In this document: positions 9,534-18,448 of the stretch, piece by piece
Layout of the letters: each line of letters starts with the position of its first letter
How positions within the stretch are numbered: the first letter of the stretch is position 1
Source: Candidatus Saccharimonadota bacterium
Lineage (GTDB): Archaea; Micrarchaeota; Micrarchaeia; Micrarchaeales; Micrarchaeaceae
DNA length: 32,000 nucleotides
NCBI GenBank assembly: GCA_021654395.1
Contig: AP024486.1
Location: 510,001-542,000, forward strand
Direction of reading: 5' to 3'
Translations under genes and position numbers: made by a program
The notes under the pieces: generated by a model
Seen by the model: the letters and a program-made list of their open reading frames with translations, nothing else
The model's database searches: none
What the model was told of the DNA's origin: nothing

Positions 9534-9814
9534 TTTCGCATTTACTTATTCTATATACAAGTACTTTTCAAAACTTTAAGCATAATAAATGATTTAGCAT
9601 TAATATTTAAGGCTTTCGATAATTATACCGCTAATTTTTCTTTTTAATTATATATTTCGATCGATTATCTAAAAGCTCTTAACGAATCATTACTTTATAT
9701 ATGTTGAACGTTTGAATTAGAAATAAGGCTTATTCACTAAAGTATAAAATTACTCTCAAAATAACTTCAGTAAAGACGTAACTTTAAATAATAGCTTTAT
9801 TAAACTTTATCTTC

Positions 9815-9824
9815 TTTATATAAA
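9815..9824 (+). promoter_or_regulatory. Possible archaeal TATA box upstream of the mini-ORF and rSAM cassette
   Basis: tttatataaa lies in an otherwise non-coding AT-rich gap, about 46-55 nt upstream of GTG 9870. Confidence 0.2.
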
Positions 9825-9869
9825 AATGCGGACGAGATAAAAAAAGAGAATTATAGAGAGTTTGTAATA

Positions 9870-9950
9870 GTGCCATCTCCTTTTAATAAGCCAGTTGATG
9901 ATGCAGAGGAGCCAGTAATGTTATGTAAAAGATGTAAACACCCAAGATAA
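9870..9950 (+). CDS. Candidate 26-aa precursor-like peptide (GTG start): (M)PSPFNKPVDDAEEPVMLCKRCKHPR
   Basis: The frame is open from 9804 to TAA 9948-9950. The only plausible starts are GTG 9870 or ATG 9918 (MLCKRCKHPR). The N-terminal half is acidic and the C-terminus is basic with C-x2-C. It lies directly upstream of the RRE-like and rSAM/SPASM genes. Expression is unproven. Confidence 0.2.
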   Translation: MPSPFNKPVDDAEEPVMLCKRCKHPR

Positions 9951-10003
9951 AATTATTTTATTTATTTTTATTAGGTGGTTATTATAATACAATTTCTTAA
10001 TGA

Positions 10004-10207
10004 GATAATATTTCTGAGAGAAGCGAATTAGGCTATAAGATTAATCCACAATTATATTTCTTTAAGGATAAAAATGGATATATCTGCTATGCTCCTTATG
10101 ATCATTTCGCAGCAAGACTTACAGAGGAAGAGTACAATTATCTAATTACACGCCCAATCTTAAAAGAGATGCACCTAAGAAGCTTTTTATGGCAAATTTT
10201 ATGTTAG
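10004..10207 (+). pseudogene. PqqD/RRE-like peptide-recognition fragment without a usable start codon
   Basis: The open frame DNISERSELGYKINPQLYFFKDKNGYICYAPYDHFAARLTEEEYNYLITRPILKEM... resembles the hairpin-plus-helix opening of PqqD-type RiPP recognition elements. There is no ATG/GTG/TTG at its 5' end. The ATG at 10000 is out of frame (ATG AGA TAA). Confidence 0.3.
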
Positions 10208-10233
10208 AGAATCTCACACGTCTGATATCACAT

Positions 10234-11306
10234 ATGAAAACCACGTTATGAGCCTACTACTACTCTTACTATATTTTTAGGAGACGCATGCAATCTAAGA
10301 TGTATATACTGTAATGTAGTCCCAAATAGAAAGAGAAGCTTTAATGAAAATGCAACTATAGAAGCTGCAAAGATAATGCTTGAAAGATTTCCAATAAAAG
10401 AGATCTCTTTCTTTGGAAATGGAGAACCTTTACTATATTTTGATACTATCAAGAAGATAGTAGAGTTAGCGAAGAGCAAGGGCCAGTATTCATTTACAAT
10501 ATGCACAAATAGTGTGTTTGGTAATAGAAGATCTGAGATAGTAAGATTTTTGGTAGAAAACAACTTCTATATGCAGATATCAATAGATGGCTATAAAGCT
10601 ATACAGGATAAGCAAAGACCAATGGCTAATAAAAGGAGCCCTTCTGAAGAGGTCGAGAAGACTATAGAAGAGATAATAGATGTAGATCTTGATAAATTTG
10701 CTATGGCCAGATTTACACTTACAAAAGAGGCGTTTGATCATTAAAAGAGATATTATTATATCTTAAAAGCCTAGGCTTCAAAAAGGTCAGATGCGCAGAG
10801 CTTATACCAGAAGGTGAGGCATTAACTAATCATATAGAAAGATTGGATCTTTACAATTTATATAAAGAGATAGTAGATGCGCTTATATTCGCAGAAGAGA
10901 TAGGAATAGATTTTTCAGGCGATTTTGATCCAAGAACGCCATCAGAATCTGGATTATACCCATGTCCTTATATGGCAGGCAGAGCAGCATCTTTAAATGA
11001 GATCTCAATCTTTTGTCATGTTTAGAAGATGTAGAATATTGGAAGATAGGCAGGGTTAATATTAAAGAAAAAGCTATAGAGATAGATGAAGATGCATTCA
11101 ACAGATTTGCATCTAGAAATAGCAGAACTCTTAAATGTGATAGCTGCCATGTTAGATGCGGCAGAGGATGTACGCATTCTTCATTTATTAATTCAAAGAG
11201 GCTAGATGTTCCTGGAGATTATCCAGGCAAATGCGATATATTAAGGAATATACTTTATAATTACTTAAATAGAAAGTTAAGTGGTTTAAATGAATATCAA
11301 AGTTAA
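10234..11306 (+). pseudogene. Radical SAM / SPASM-domain maturase, disrupted by three frameshifts (about 357 codons when repaired)
   Basis: Pieces: ATG 10234 then (frame change) KPRYEPTTTLTIFLGDACNLRCIYCN (CxxxCxxC), FFGNGEPLL; next frame from 10738 SLKEILLYLKSLGFKKVRCAELIPEG...YPCPYMAG; next frame from 11001 ...SCLEDVEYWKIGRV...CDSCHVRCGRGC (SPASM-type Cys cluster). The frame switches are confined to 10238-10248, 10738-10741 and 11001-11022. Confidence 0.75.
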
Positions 11307-13140
11307 AGATAGGTTAAAATTATTTGGAGGTAAAGCCAGTAATCTATTAGAGATAGCCGATAGTTTCAATGTACCAAAGTTTTCAGTTTTAGATACTAAT
11401 CTATTTAACGAATTTGTTAAATATAATGATATATATAAAAGAATTGAATCGATTTTATATAAAAGCGATATAAGAGAAAATAGCGAAAAGATAAAACAGA
11501 TATTTCTATCCTCTGAGTTTTCTAAAGAACAGAGATCTATAATACAAGCTGCTCTAAAGAATCTAAATGAGCCGTTAGCTATAAGAAGCAGCGCTAATTT
11601 AGAGGATCTGCCAAACGAAAGCTTTGCCGGAGCTTTTAAAAGCGTTTTATACGTTAAAAAGGATAATGTAGAGCAAGCTATTAAGGAGGTATATGCCTCT
11701 TTATTCAATGAGAGAGTTCTAAATTACATAAAAGCAAATAATATAGCTATAGAAGATATAAAGATGGCTGTAATAATGCAAGAGATGATAACTAATGGAA
11801 AGTATGGAGTTTTATTCTTCTCAGATAACGGAATTCTTATTCAGGTTGGATTAGATCCTGATGCAGTTATATCTGCAAATACAAAAGATATAGATACTTA
11901 CTTCATTAAAGATAGCACTAAATTTAAGTATCCTTTTAGACATGGAGTAAGCATGCTTTTCGAATATGAGATAGAAGAGCTAGAAGATATAGCTAAAAGA
12001 TTAAAGAGTTATAACTTTCCATTAGATGCAGAGTTTGCAATTAAGGATGGAAATATATACATATTACAGCAGAGAAGGCTTACTAAAGAGATACCAAACT
12101 ATAGCACTCATGCTGAGGTTTATGCATTCCCAGCTAGCGAAGGTATAGCAGTTGGAAAGGCCACTATACTGCGTCATAACGCTAGTATTGAAGAATTACC
12201 AAAAGGTAAGGATAGAATCTTAATAGCAGAAGAGATAGAGCTAGATTATGCACCTAAAATAAAAGACTTCGCTGGTGTATGTATAGAGATTCCTGGAATA
12301 ACGTCACATGCTGTTATATATGCAAGAGAGAATAATATTCCATGCATAGTTGGTGCGACAGACATTACAAAGATTGTAAAAGATGATGAACTTATTGAGA
12401 TAAACGGTTCAACAGGCGAGATAAGATTAATCGATAGACCAGGAATATCAATAGGCAGTAAGATAAAAAGCATAGAGATAAATTATAAAGATCTAAAGCC
12501 TTTTAGATACAAAAAAGATCTCTTACTGATTAAAGAGCTTGAAAAAGAGCAGATAATATTTCATGTGATTAACGATAAAAAGCTGCTATTAGATATTGTC
12601 AAGACTCTAGAGAAAGAGAGAGATAAACCGGTAAGTGAAGGCTCAGTCGATATATGGTATGCTTATGCAAATATAATAGAGCTAGAATCTTTGGATAAGA
12701 ATCTAGCGTATGCATTAGATAAGGCCTATATTACTGCTAAAGAGGGAAGTATAGAATCGATAAGAGAAGCAATAAATAAGCAAGTTGAAATATCAGAAAG
12801 GCTTTATAATGAAGCCTTTGAAAGCTATAAAAGATATGCTGCTAGTAAGAATAAAAGTGATCTAGTAAACGGATTTTTAAACGCAATACTGGCAGAAGCA
12901 CATAATAAGATAGCCACAAGGTTGATGCTGTTTGAGTTTATCGACGATAGAGCAAATAAAGATAAGGAGATATTTAACTTTGTGGCCAAGATGGAGGAAG
13001 ATTCCAATCTTAATGATATAACTAATTCGATACGCAACTTGATTGATAGATTTTTAGAAATCTACAAGAGCGACTTTGGCATAGAATATGTTAAATACTC
13101 TTCTCAATTAGCTCTAATCGAAGCATTACATGCTAAATAG
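11290..13140 (+). CDS. PEP synthase/PPDK-like phosphotransferase: ATP-grasp (PPDK_N) + swivel phosphohistidine domain + unknown C-terminal helical domain
   Basis: 616-aa intact ORF with FGGKASNL and IRSSANLEDLPNESFAGAF (PPDK_N) and GITSHAVIYARENNIPCIVG (PEP-utilizer mobile His domain). No PEP/pyruvate TIM-barrel motifs were seen. The last about 230 aa were not recognised. It overlaps the rSAM 3' end by 17 nt. Confidence 0.8.
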   Translation: MNIKVKDRLKLFGGKASNLLEIADSFNVPKFSVLDTNLFNEFVKYNDIYKRIESILYKSDIRENSEKIKQIFLSSEFSKEQRSIIQAALKNLNEPLAIRSSANLEDLPNESFAGAFKSVLYVKKDNVEQAIKEVYASLFNERVLNYIKANNIAIEDIKMAVIMQEMITNGKYGVLFFSDNGILIQVGLDPDAVISANTKDIDTYFIKDSTKFKYPFRHGVSMLFEYEIEELEDIAKRLKSYNFPLDAEFAIKDGNIYILQQRRLTKEIPNYSTHAEVYAFPASEGIAVGKATILRHNASIEELPKGKDRILIAEEIELDYAPKIKDFAGVCIEIPGITSHAVIYARENNIPCIVGATDITKIVKDDELIEINGSTGEIRLIDRPGISIGSKIKSIEINYKDLKPFRYKKDLLLIKELEKEQIIFHVINDKKLLLDIVKTLEKERDKPVSEGSVDIWYAYANIIELESLDKNLAYALDKAYITAKEGSIESIREAINKQVEISERLYNEAFESYKRYAASKNKSDLVNGFLNAILAEAHNKIATRLMLFEFIDDRANKDKEIFNFVAKMEEDSNLNDITNSIRNLIDRFLEIYKSDFGIEYVKYSSQLALIEALHAK

Positions 13141-13650
13141 ACTTGTATAAAGTTAAGTATAAAATTTTATTAGTAGTTATAAATAGTTTTACTATTTAAT
13201 AATCAAAATCTATATCCTTATTACATAATTACATATATTTATTAAAAGCTTTTAAGTTAGATAGCCATGCATAAAATAAAGCAATAGGAGATCTAAAGGT
13301 AATAAAATTAAAATTTTATAAGGTTGGCTTTATAAGCTTCTAAAGAGCGAAGCAATTTCAGTACTCATTCTTAATAGAAATTTTTATATTTTCCTAATAT
13401 AAAATAAAATATCACAGTTACGTAATTGTTAAAAATTAAAAGTATAAAATAAGAGACATTGGATAGAACAGTAGCAATACACGAACTTATTCTTAATCTT
13501 AGAAATATGAGGAATAAAAAAATTAAAAATATTAATCATAGTTTTAGCTGGAACTCTTCATCTATTTCCAAAGTGAAGCTAATTTACATATTTTATATTA
13601 GCTCCGAAATGAAACGAAAATTATATATATTCGTTCCCATTTAATATGCT

Positions 13651-14949
13651 ATGAATGACATGGAGGTAAGTGACGCTTTAAGGCTTCTCAATAGTTGGTG
13701 GACATCGGGTAAAGTAAAGTCTGAGCTAGTTAAGCCATACAGACGCCCTGTATTTTCAGAAGTTTATGATCTGCTTGAAAATTACAAGGAAGTAATAATA
13801 CTCACTGGACTTAGGCGGGTTGGCAAAACGACAATAATGTACCAGATTATAGATGAATTGCTCAAGAAGGTAAAACCTACAAGCATTATCTATTTTACAT
13901 TTGATTATGGTAATGCAGATATAACAGCAGTACTAGATGCATATCAGCAGCTAACAAACATAGACTGGAAAGAGGAGAAAATTTATTTGTTTTTAGATGA
14001 AGTTCAAAAACTGAAAAGCTGGAGTCAGCAGGTAAAGATACTCTACGATGCCTTTCCAAATATAAGATTTGTATTATCTGGCTCTGCATCACTGCAACTA
14101 GAGAAAGACGCAATAGATAACCTGGCAGGTAGGTATTATCTTGTAGAAGTGCCAGTATTGTCAATATCAGAGTACTATTCGCTCAAATATGATAAGATAA
14201 TTGAAAATGTTAAGCTATATGAAGAAGAGATAGGTAGAGAGCTTGAAACATATATAAGAAGACCCTTCCCAGAGCTGGCAAAAGTTACGGACGAAGCAAG
14301 GGCATATGAGTACATACGTGAAAGTGTTATTGCAAAGATAGTAAGCCAGGATATGCTACAAGAGTTTGAAAAAGTAGATATACCTCTTCTGAATTCGCTT
14401 GTCAGCATATTTTTCGCTGAACCTGGAATGATTCTTAATATAGACTCGCTTTCAAGAACACTAAAAAAGAGAAAGCAGGAGATAGAGCGCCATATTCACA
14501 TGCTCGAATTTGCAAAGATTATAAGAATTGTAAAGAACTATAGGCCCTCTGTTCTATCGGAATCGAGAAAACTTAGAAAGGTCTATCCGTATGACATATC
14601 TTTAGCATTGGCTGAAAATCCCTCTCTAGAAAAGGGAAAGATTACCGAAGCACTGATTGTATCGAGGCTTGATATCAAGCTATACTGGCGTGAAGGAAAC
14701 AAAGAGATAGATTGCTTGATTGGAGATAGAAAAGATCTAATTCCAATAGAAGTAAAGGCATCGGATGTGCTAAAGGAGGAATACATAAAAAATCTAAACT
14801 ATTTCGTGCAAAAGTTTAATACAAAATTAGGTGCACTGCTTTACTATGGAAAGAGAGTAGACTTGGGTAAAATAAAAGTGATTAACATAAAGGATGTACT
14901 TATATATGGATTTTATGATGCGATAGGAGTGCATCAAAATAATAAATAG
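13651..14949 (+). CDS. COG1373-type AAA+ ATPase with a C-terminal DUF4143 / PD-(D/E)xK-like domain
   Basis: Walker A GLRRVGKTT and Walker B YLFLDEVQ are present. The C-terminal EIDCLIGDRKDLIPIEVKAS fits the D...E-x-K nuclease-fold motif. Confidence 0.8.
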   Translation: MNDMEVSDALRLLNSWWTSGKVKSELVKPYRRPVFSEVYDLLENYKEVIILTGLRRVGKTTIMYQIIDELLKKVKPTSIIYFTFDYGNADITAVLDAYQQLTNIDWKEEKIYLFLDEVQKLKSWSQQVKILYDAFPNIRFVLSGSASLQLEKDAIDNLAGRYYLVEVPVLSISEYYSLKYDKIIENVKLYEEEIGRELETYIRRPFPELAKVTDEARAYEYIRESVIAKIVSQDMLQEFEKVDIPLLNSLVSIFFAEPGMILNIDSLSRTLKKRKQEIERHIHMLEFAKIIRIVKNYRPSVLSESRKLRKVYPYDISLALAENPSLEKGKITEALIVSRLDIKLYWREGNKEIDCLIGDRKDLIPIEVKASDVLKEEYIKNLNYFVQKFNTKLGALLYYGKRVDLGKIKVINIKDVLIYGFYDAIGVHQNNK

Positions 14950-15062
14950 TGTTTTGGTATTCTTATATATTGCAAATATATTCGCATTTTGTTCAAGAAC
15001 AAAAGGATAAGCTCTATGAGAGAAAGATATATACATCATACCAAAGAATTTGAACTATAATG

Positions 15063-15135
15063 AGCCCTAAGTGGGATTTGAACCCACGACCTCCTGCTTA
15101 CGAGGCAGGCGCTCTACCAGCTGAGCTATTAGGGC
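15063..15135 (-). tRNA. tRNA-Thr (anticodon CGU)
   Basis: The 73-nt minus-strand sequence folds as a perfect cloverleaf: acceptor GCCCTAA/TTAGGGC, D stem GCTC/GAGC, anticodon stem CCTGC/GCAGG, loop CTCGTAA, T stem GTGGG/CCCAC with TTCAAAT loop. The discriminator is U and no CCA is encoded. It is the only GC-rich island in the window. Confidence 0.93.
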
Positions 15136-15266
15136 AGAATTGATTTTTTTATTTTATAATTATTTTTAAATATTAATAACTCTAAGAATATAAAAGGATT
15201 TATATTAATAAAAGTTTTATTAGCGAATAAATAAAAATATCCATTATATAGTATAAATCTAATTCC

Positions 15267-16268
15267 ATGAGCAAATATACAATAGAAGTTTCTAATCTTG
15301 TAAAGAGATACGGCAACTTTGAAGCAGTTAAAGGAATCTCTTTTAATGTAAATAAAGGAGAGATATTTGGATTTCTTGGGCCTAATGGAGCAGGAAAGAC
15401 TACAACTGTGCATATATTAACAACAATAATAGATAAAACCTCAGGAGACGCATATGTATGCGGCTATGATGTATCAAAGCAGAAAGAGAAGGTTAGAGAA
15501 AATATAGGTATTGTATTTCAAGATCCTTCATTAGATGATAGATTAACAGGGTATGAAAATCTAGATTTTCATGCAATGATCTATGGAATTAATAAGGAAT
15601 ATAGACGTAAAAGAATAAAAGAAGCGTTAGAGATGGTTGAGTTAGAAGATAAAGCAGATACATTAGTAATGTACTATTCTGGTGGTATGAAAAGAAGATT
15701 AGAGATCGCAAGAGGCTTGTTAAATCAACCAGAGGTATTATTCTTAGATGAACCAACTGTTGGATTAGATGTTCAAACGAGAAGACATATACTAGATTAT
15801 ATAAAAGCGTTGAGAGATAGATATAAGATGACAATATTTTTAACAACGCATTATATAGAAGAAGCAGACTATCTTTGTGATAGAATAGCTATTATAGACC
15901 ATGGAAAGATAATTGCATTAGATACACCTGAAAATCTAAAGAAGAGCATTGGTGGAGACACATTATCTCTTACATTAAAGCACAAATCAGATATAAAGAT
16001 AATTTTAAATGCATTAAGTAGGTTAGACGTGATAGAAGACGTTAAAGTAGAGAATAATAGCATATATCTAATATTGAAAGATGCATCGTCCAACATAGTA
16101 GATATAATGAATATTGCATATAATAAAAATGTAGCAATAGAAAAAGTAGAGATAAGAAGACCAAGCTTAGAGGATGTATTTATACATTATACTGGAAGAA
16201 GCATTAGAGAAGAGGAAGGAAGCAATTTAGATAGAATTAGAATGAGACTCAGAGCGGGAATGAGATAA
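15267..16268 (+). CDS. ABC transporter ATP-binding protein (ABC-2/DrrA-like exporter type)
   Basis: Walker A GPNGAGKTT, signature YSGGMKRRLEIA and Walker B LFLDEPTVGLD are present. Its stop overlaps the start of the downstream permease gene by one base. Confidence 0.9.
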   Translation: MSKYTIEVSNLVKRYGNFEAVKGISFNVNKGEIFGFLGPNGAGKTTTVHILTTIIDKTSGDAYVCGYDVSKQKEKVRENIGIVFQDPSLDDRLTGYENLDFHAMIYGINKEYRRKRIKEALEMVELEDKADTLVMYYSGGMKRRLEIARGLLNQPEVLFLDEPTVGLDVQTRRHILDYIKALRDRYKMTIFLTTHYIEEADYLCDRIAIIDHGKIIALDTPENLKKSIGGDTLSLTLKHKSDIKIILNALSRLDVIEDVKVENNSIYLILKDASSNIVDIMNIAYNKNVAIEKVEIRRPSLEDVFIHYTGRSIREEEGSNLDRIRMRLRAGMR

Positions 16269-17035
16269 TGAATAGAGAGTTTGCTGCTATATATGTATTG
16301 TGGCTAAGGGCTCTTAAGAGGTTTATAAGATCGCCTTCGCAGATAATAGGATCTGTTGCAATGCCATTATTATTTCTAATATTCTTAGGTTTGGGATTTA
16401 GTAATGTAAAGTTTCCTGGTTTACCATCAAATCTTGATTATATTGATTTCTTAGTACCAGGAATATTAGGCATGTCTATGCTATTCGCCGCAACTACAGC
16501 AGGCATATCATTATTGTGGGATAGACAGTTTGGCTTTTTAAAAGAAGTAATGGTAGCTCCTGTAAGCAGATTAAGCATAATGCTTGGAAGGACTTTGGGC
16601 GGAGTAACAACAGCATTTATACAAAGCATAATGCTTATAATCTTCTCAATATTAATAGGTTTTAAGATAATTAGTGTACTTGGCTTAATTGCTTCTTTTA
16701 TATTTATGCTGCTTATAGGCTTAATATTTGTATCTTTAGGATTAATAATAGCTTCGGTTATGTCTGATATACAAGGCTTTGGTTTGATACTTAATCTGCT
16801 TATATTCCCTCTTTTCTTTCTCTCGGGAGCATTATATCCATTAAATGTATTGCCTAAATATGTAAGATATATCGTGTATCTTAATCCACTGACTTATGGG
16901 ATAGATGGAATAAGAGGTGCTTTGATAAATTTCTCTATATTTGGTGAAACTAACGACTTTATAATATTGTTGATTGTAGCAGCTGCATCTTTGAGTATAG
17001 GAGCTCATGCTTTCTCTAAAGCAAAGATAGTATAA
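16268..17035 (+). CDS. ABC-2 type transporter permease
   Basis: 255-aa ORF with about six hydrophobic spans, coupled to the ATPase gene (TAATG overlap). This is the typical ABC-2 size and layout. Confidence 0.8.
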   Translation: MNREFAAIYVLWLRALKRFIRSPSQIIGSVAMPLLFLIFLGLGFSNVKFPGLPSNLDYIDFLVPGILGMSMLFAATTAGISLLWDRQFGFLKEVMVAPVSRLSIMLGRTLGGVTTAFIQSIMLIIFSILIGFKIISVLGLIASFIFMLLIGLIFVSLGLIIASVMSDIQGFGLILNLLIFPLFFLSGALYPLNVLPKYVRYIVYLNPLTYGIDGIRGALINFSIFGETNDFIILLIVAAASLSIGAHAFSKAKIV

Positions 17036-17243
17036 TTATACAATTATTACAATTAGATACTAGTATTAGTTTCATAGGAATCAAAAATCAAAGGCTTCTT
17101 AATAATGTAGATCAAAAAGATCTTTAGCTTAAAACGCTATCTAGATTATAGGGTAAGTATATAGAAGATAACGCTTATTATAAACGAATTAAATAAAGAT
17201 TAAAGTCTTTAAAGAAATAATAAAAAATTCAGAAAGGTTTGGT

Positions 17244-18368
17244 TTAACCTCTGTTTAATTCCTTGTCTTTTCCTTCGCCTTTTTCTTCTACTCTTATCAT
17301 AGCGTTTGATAATAATTCTAGAAGCTCTCTATTTCTCTTAAATACAGCACCGTATCTCTCTTCGTAGCCAGTTGCTATTATATCAATACCTGGATTAACA
17401 GTAATTCCATTTTCGTTTAGATCTCTAACAATCGCTGCTAAAATAGAGGCTACCTTTTCTGTTGCATAGAATCCGTTTGTTTTATCTGGAGGTACTGCTG
17501 CATTCATTATCTCTTCTATACTTCCCTTCCTTATTACTCTTCCGTTATGGAAAAGTATTGCGATATCATCATCTAGGCCTATTAGAGCACTCTTTCTATT
17601 TAGTAGTTTCTTGCCATCATCAATAGTTTCAGTATCCTGAACTACAATATCATTTAGAGTTAAATCCTTCAGCAACTTAATCTCGGCTGCAATTACTAAT
17701 TCTATGCTCTTATCTTCAAAAGAGGCTATCATGCCATTATAAACTCTCTTTCCATCAGGTCCAATTACCTCTACATCATTGCCGCTGCTTAAGCTCATTA
17801 CTTCTGCCTTTACTCGTCTTATACTATATTCACCCAACTCTAAGCCTATTAGACCTGCTCTTCTTTCGACTTCTTTAAGTATCTCAAAGTCGGAAGGCCA
17901 TCCAAAGTAAGGTACAAGAATTTCTGGAGTAATATTCTTAGTCTCGTTGGGAGTCTGGCCTTTTATCCCACGCAGGTAGTAATATATTATGACCTCTTCA
18001 CTAAGCTCTCTTGGTATTAATTCATCTGGATACATTATGTCTCCTATTCCTGCTAGTGTATCTCCTAGATAGGGCTTTCTGGGTGCATCTGGTGTTCTTA
18101 TCTCAATTACTATATATCTCTTACCTCTTATATTTAATATAGGTAATATCCCAGCCCCATATCTTAGCCTTACACCAAACTCAAACTCGCCAGTATATCC
18201 TTCTTTCATAAGTCTATTTAAAGTTTCTTTATCTTCATTAAACCTTTTTGTATCAAAATTTTTGTTGTACTCCTTTAAATCCATCTTCTCTGGAGCTTCT
18301 AATACCCATTTTTTTACTTTTCCATTTTCTAAAACGCATTTTACACTATAGACATATATATCTGACAT
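17244..18368 (-). CDS. Hypothetical protein (374 aa) with a possible divergent Nudix-like N-terminal region
   Basis: GAGILPILNIRGKRYIVIEIRTPDAPRKPYLGDTLAGIGDIMYPDELIPRELSEEV resembles a Nudix strand-loop-helix (RE-x2-EE). The canonical G-x5-E-x7-RE spacing is not met. The rest is unrecognised. Confidence 0.4.
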   Translation of the reverse strand: MSDIYVYSVKCVLENGKVKKWVLEAPEKMDLKEYNKNFDTKRFNEDKETLNRLMKEGYTGEFEFGVRLRYGAGILPILNIRGKRYIVIEIRTPDAPRKPYLGDTLAGIGDIMYPDELIPRELSEEVIIYYYLRGIKGQTPNETKNITPEILVPYFGWPSDFEILKEVERRAGLIGLELGEYSIRRVKAEVMSLSSGNDVEVIGPDGKRVYNGMIASFEDKSIELVIAAEIKLLKDLTLNDIVVQDTETIDDGKKLLNRKSALIGLDDDIAILFHNGRVIRKGSIEEIMNAAVPPDKTNGFYATEKVASILAAIVRDLNENGITVNPGIDIIATGYEERYGAVFKRNRELLELLSNAMIRVEEKGEGKDKELNRG

Positions 18369-18448
18369 ACATTCACCAATTTATAATTAATTAAAAACTC
18401 TTTATAAATTTTTTTATATATAATTTTATAATAAAAGAAGCCACAATA

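Noticed and set aside
10205-10237. Three same-frame stops (TAG 10205, TGA 10223, TGA 10235) between the RRE-like frame and the rSAM frame, considered as stop-codon recoding
   Set aside because: Conserved genes in the window terminate normally at TAA, TGA and TAG. An out-of-frame ATG at 10234 plus a one-base change explains the rSAM start, so two separate genes is the simpler reading.
10246-12473. Minus-strand ORFs 10246..10563, 10883..11101, 11286..11708 and 12246..12473
   Set aside because: They lie antisense to the rSAM and PEP-utilising genes, which have clear catalytic motifs. They show no motifs of their own.
13459-13644. 61-aa TTG-start ORF in the 13.1-13.65 kb gap
   Set aside because: It has a non-ATG start, a K/N/I-rich low-complexity translation and no motif, in an extremely AT-rich spacer where such ORFs arise by chance.
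15063-15135. tRNA-Thr as a demonstrable integration (att) site
   Set aside because: No integrase gene and no duplicated tRNA 3' segment were found by eye in the window. It is kept only as a low-weight island-boundary hypothesis.
17244-18368. Calling the 374-aa protein a Nudix hydrolase
   Set aside because: The RE-x2-EE part is present, but the G-x5-E-x7 spacing is not satisfied. It is retained only as a weak similarity.
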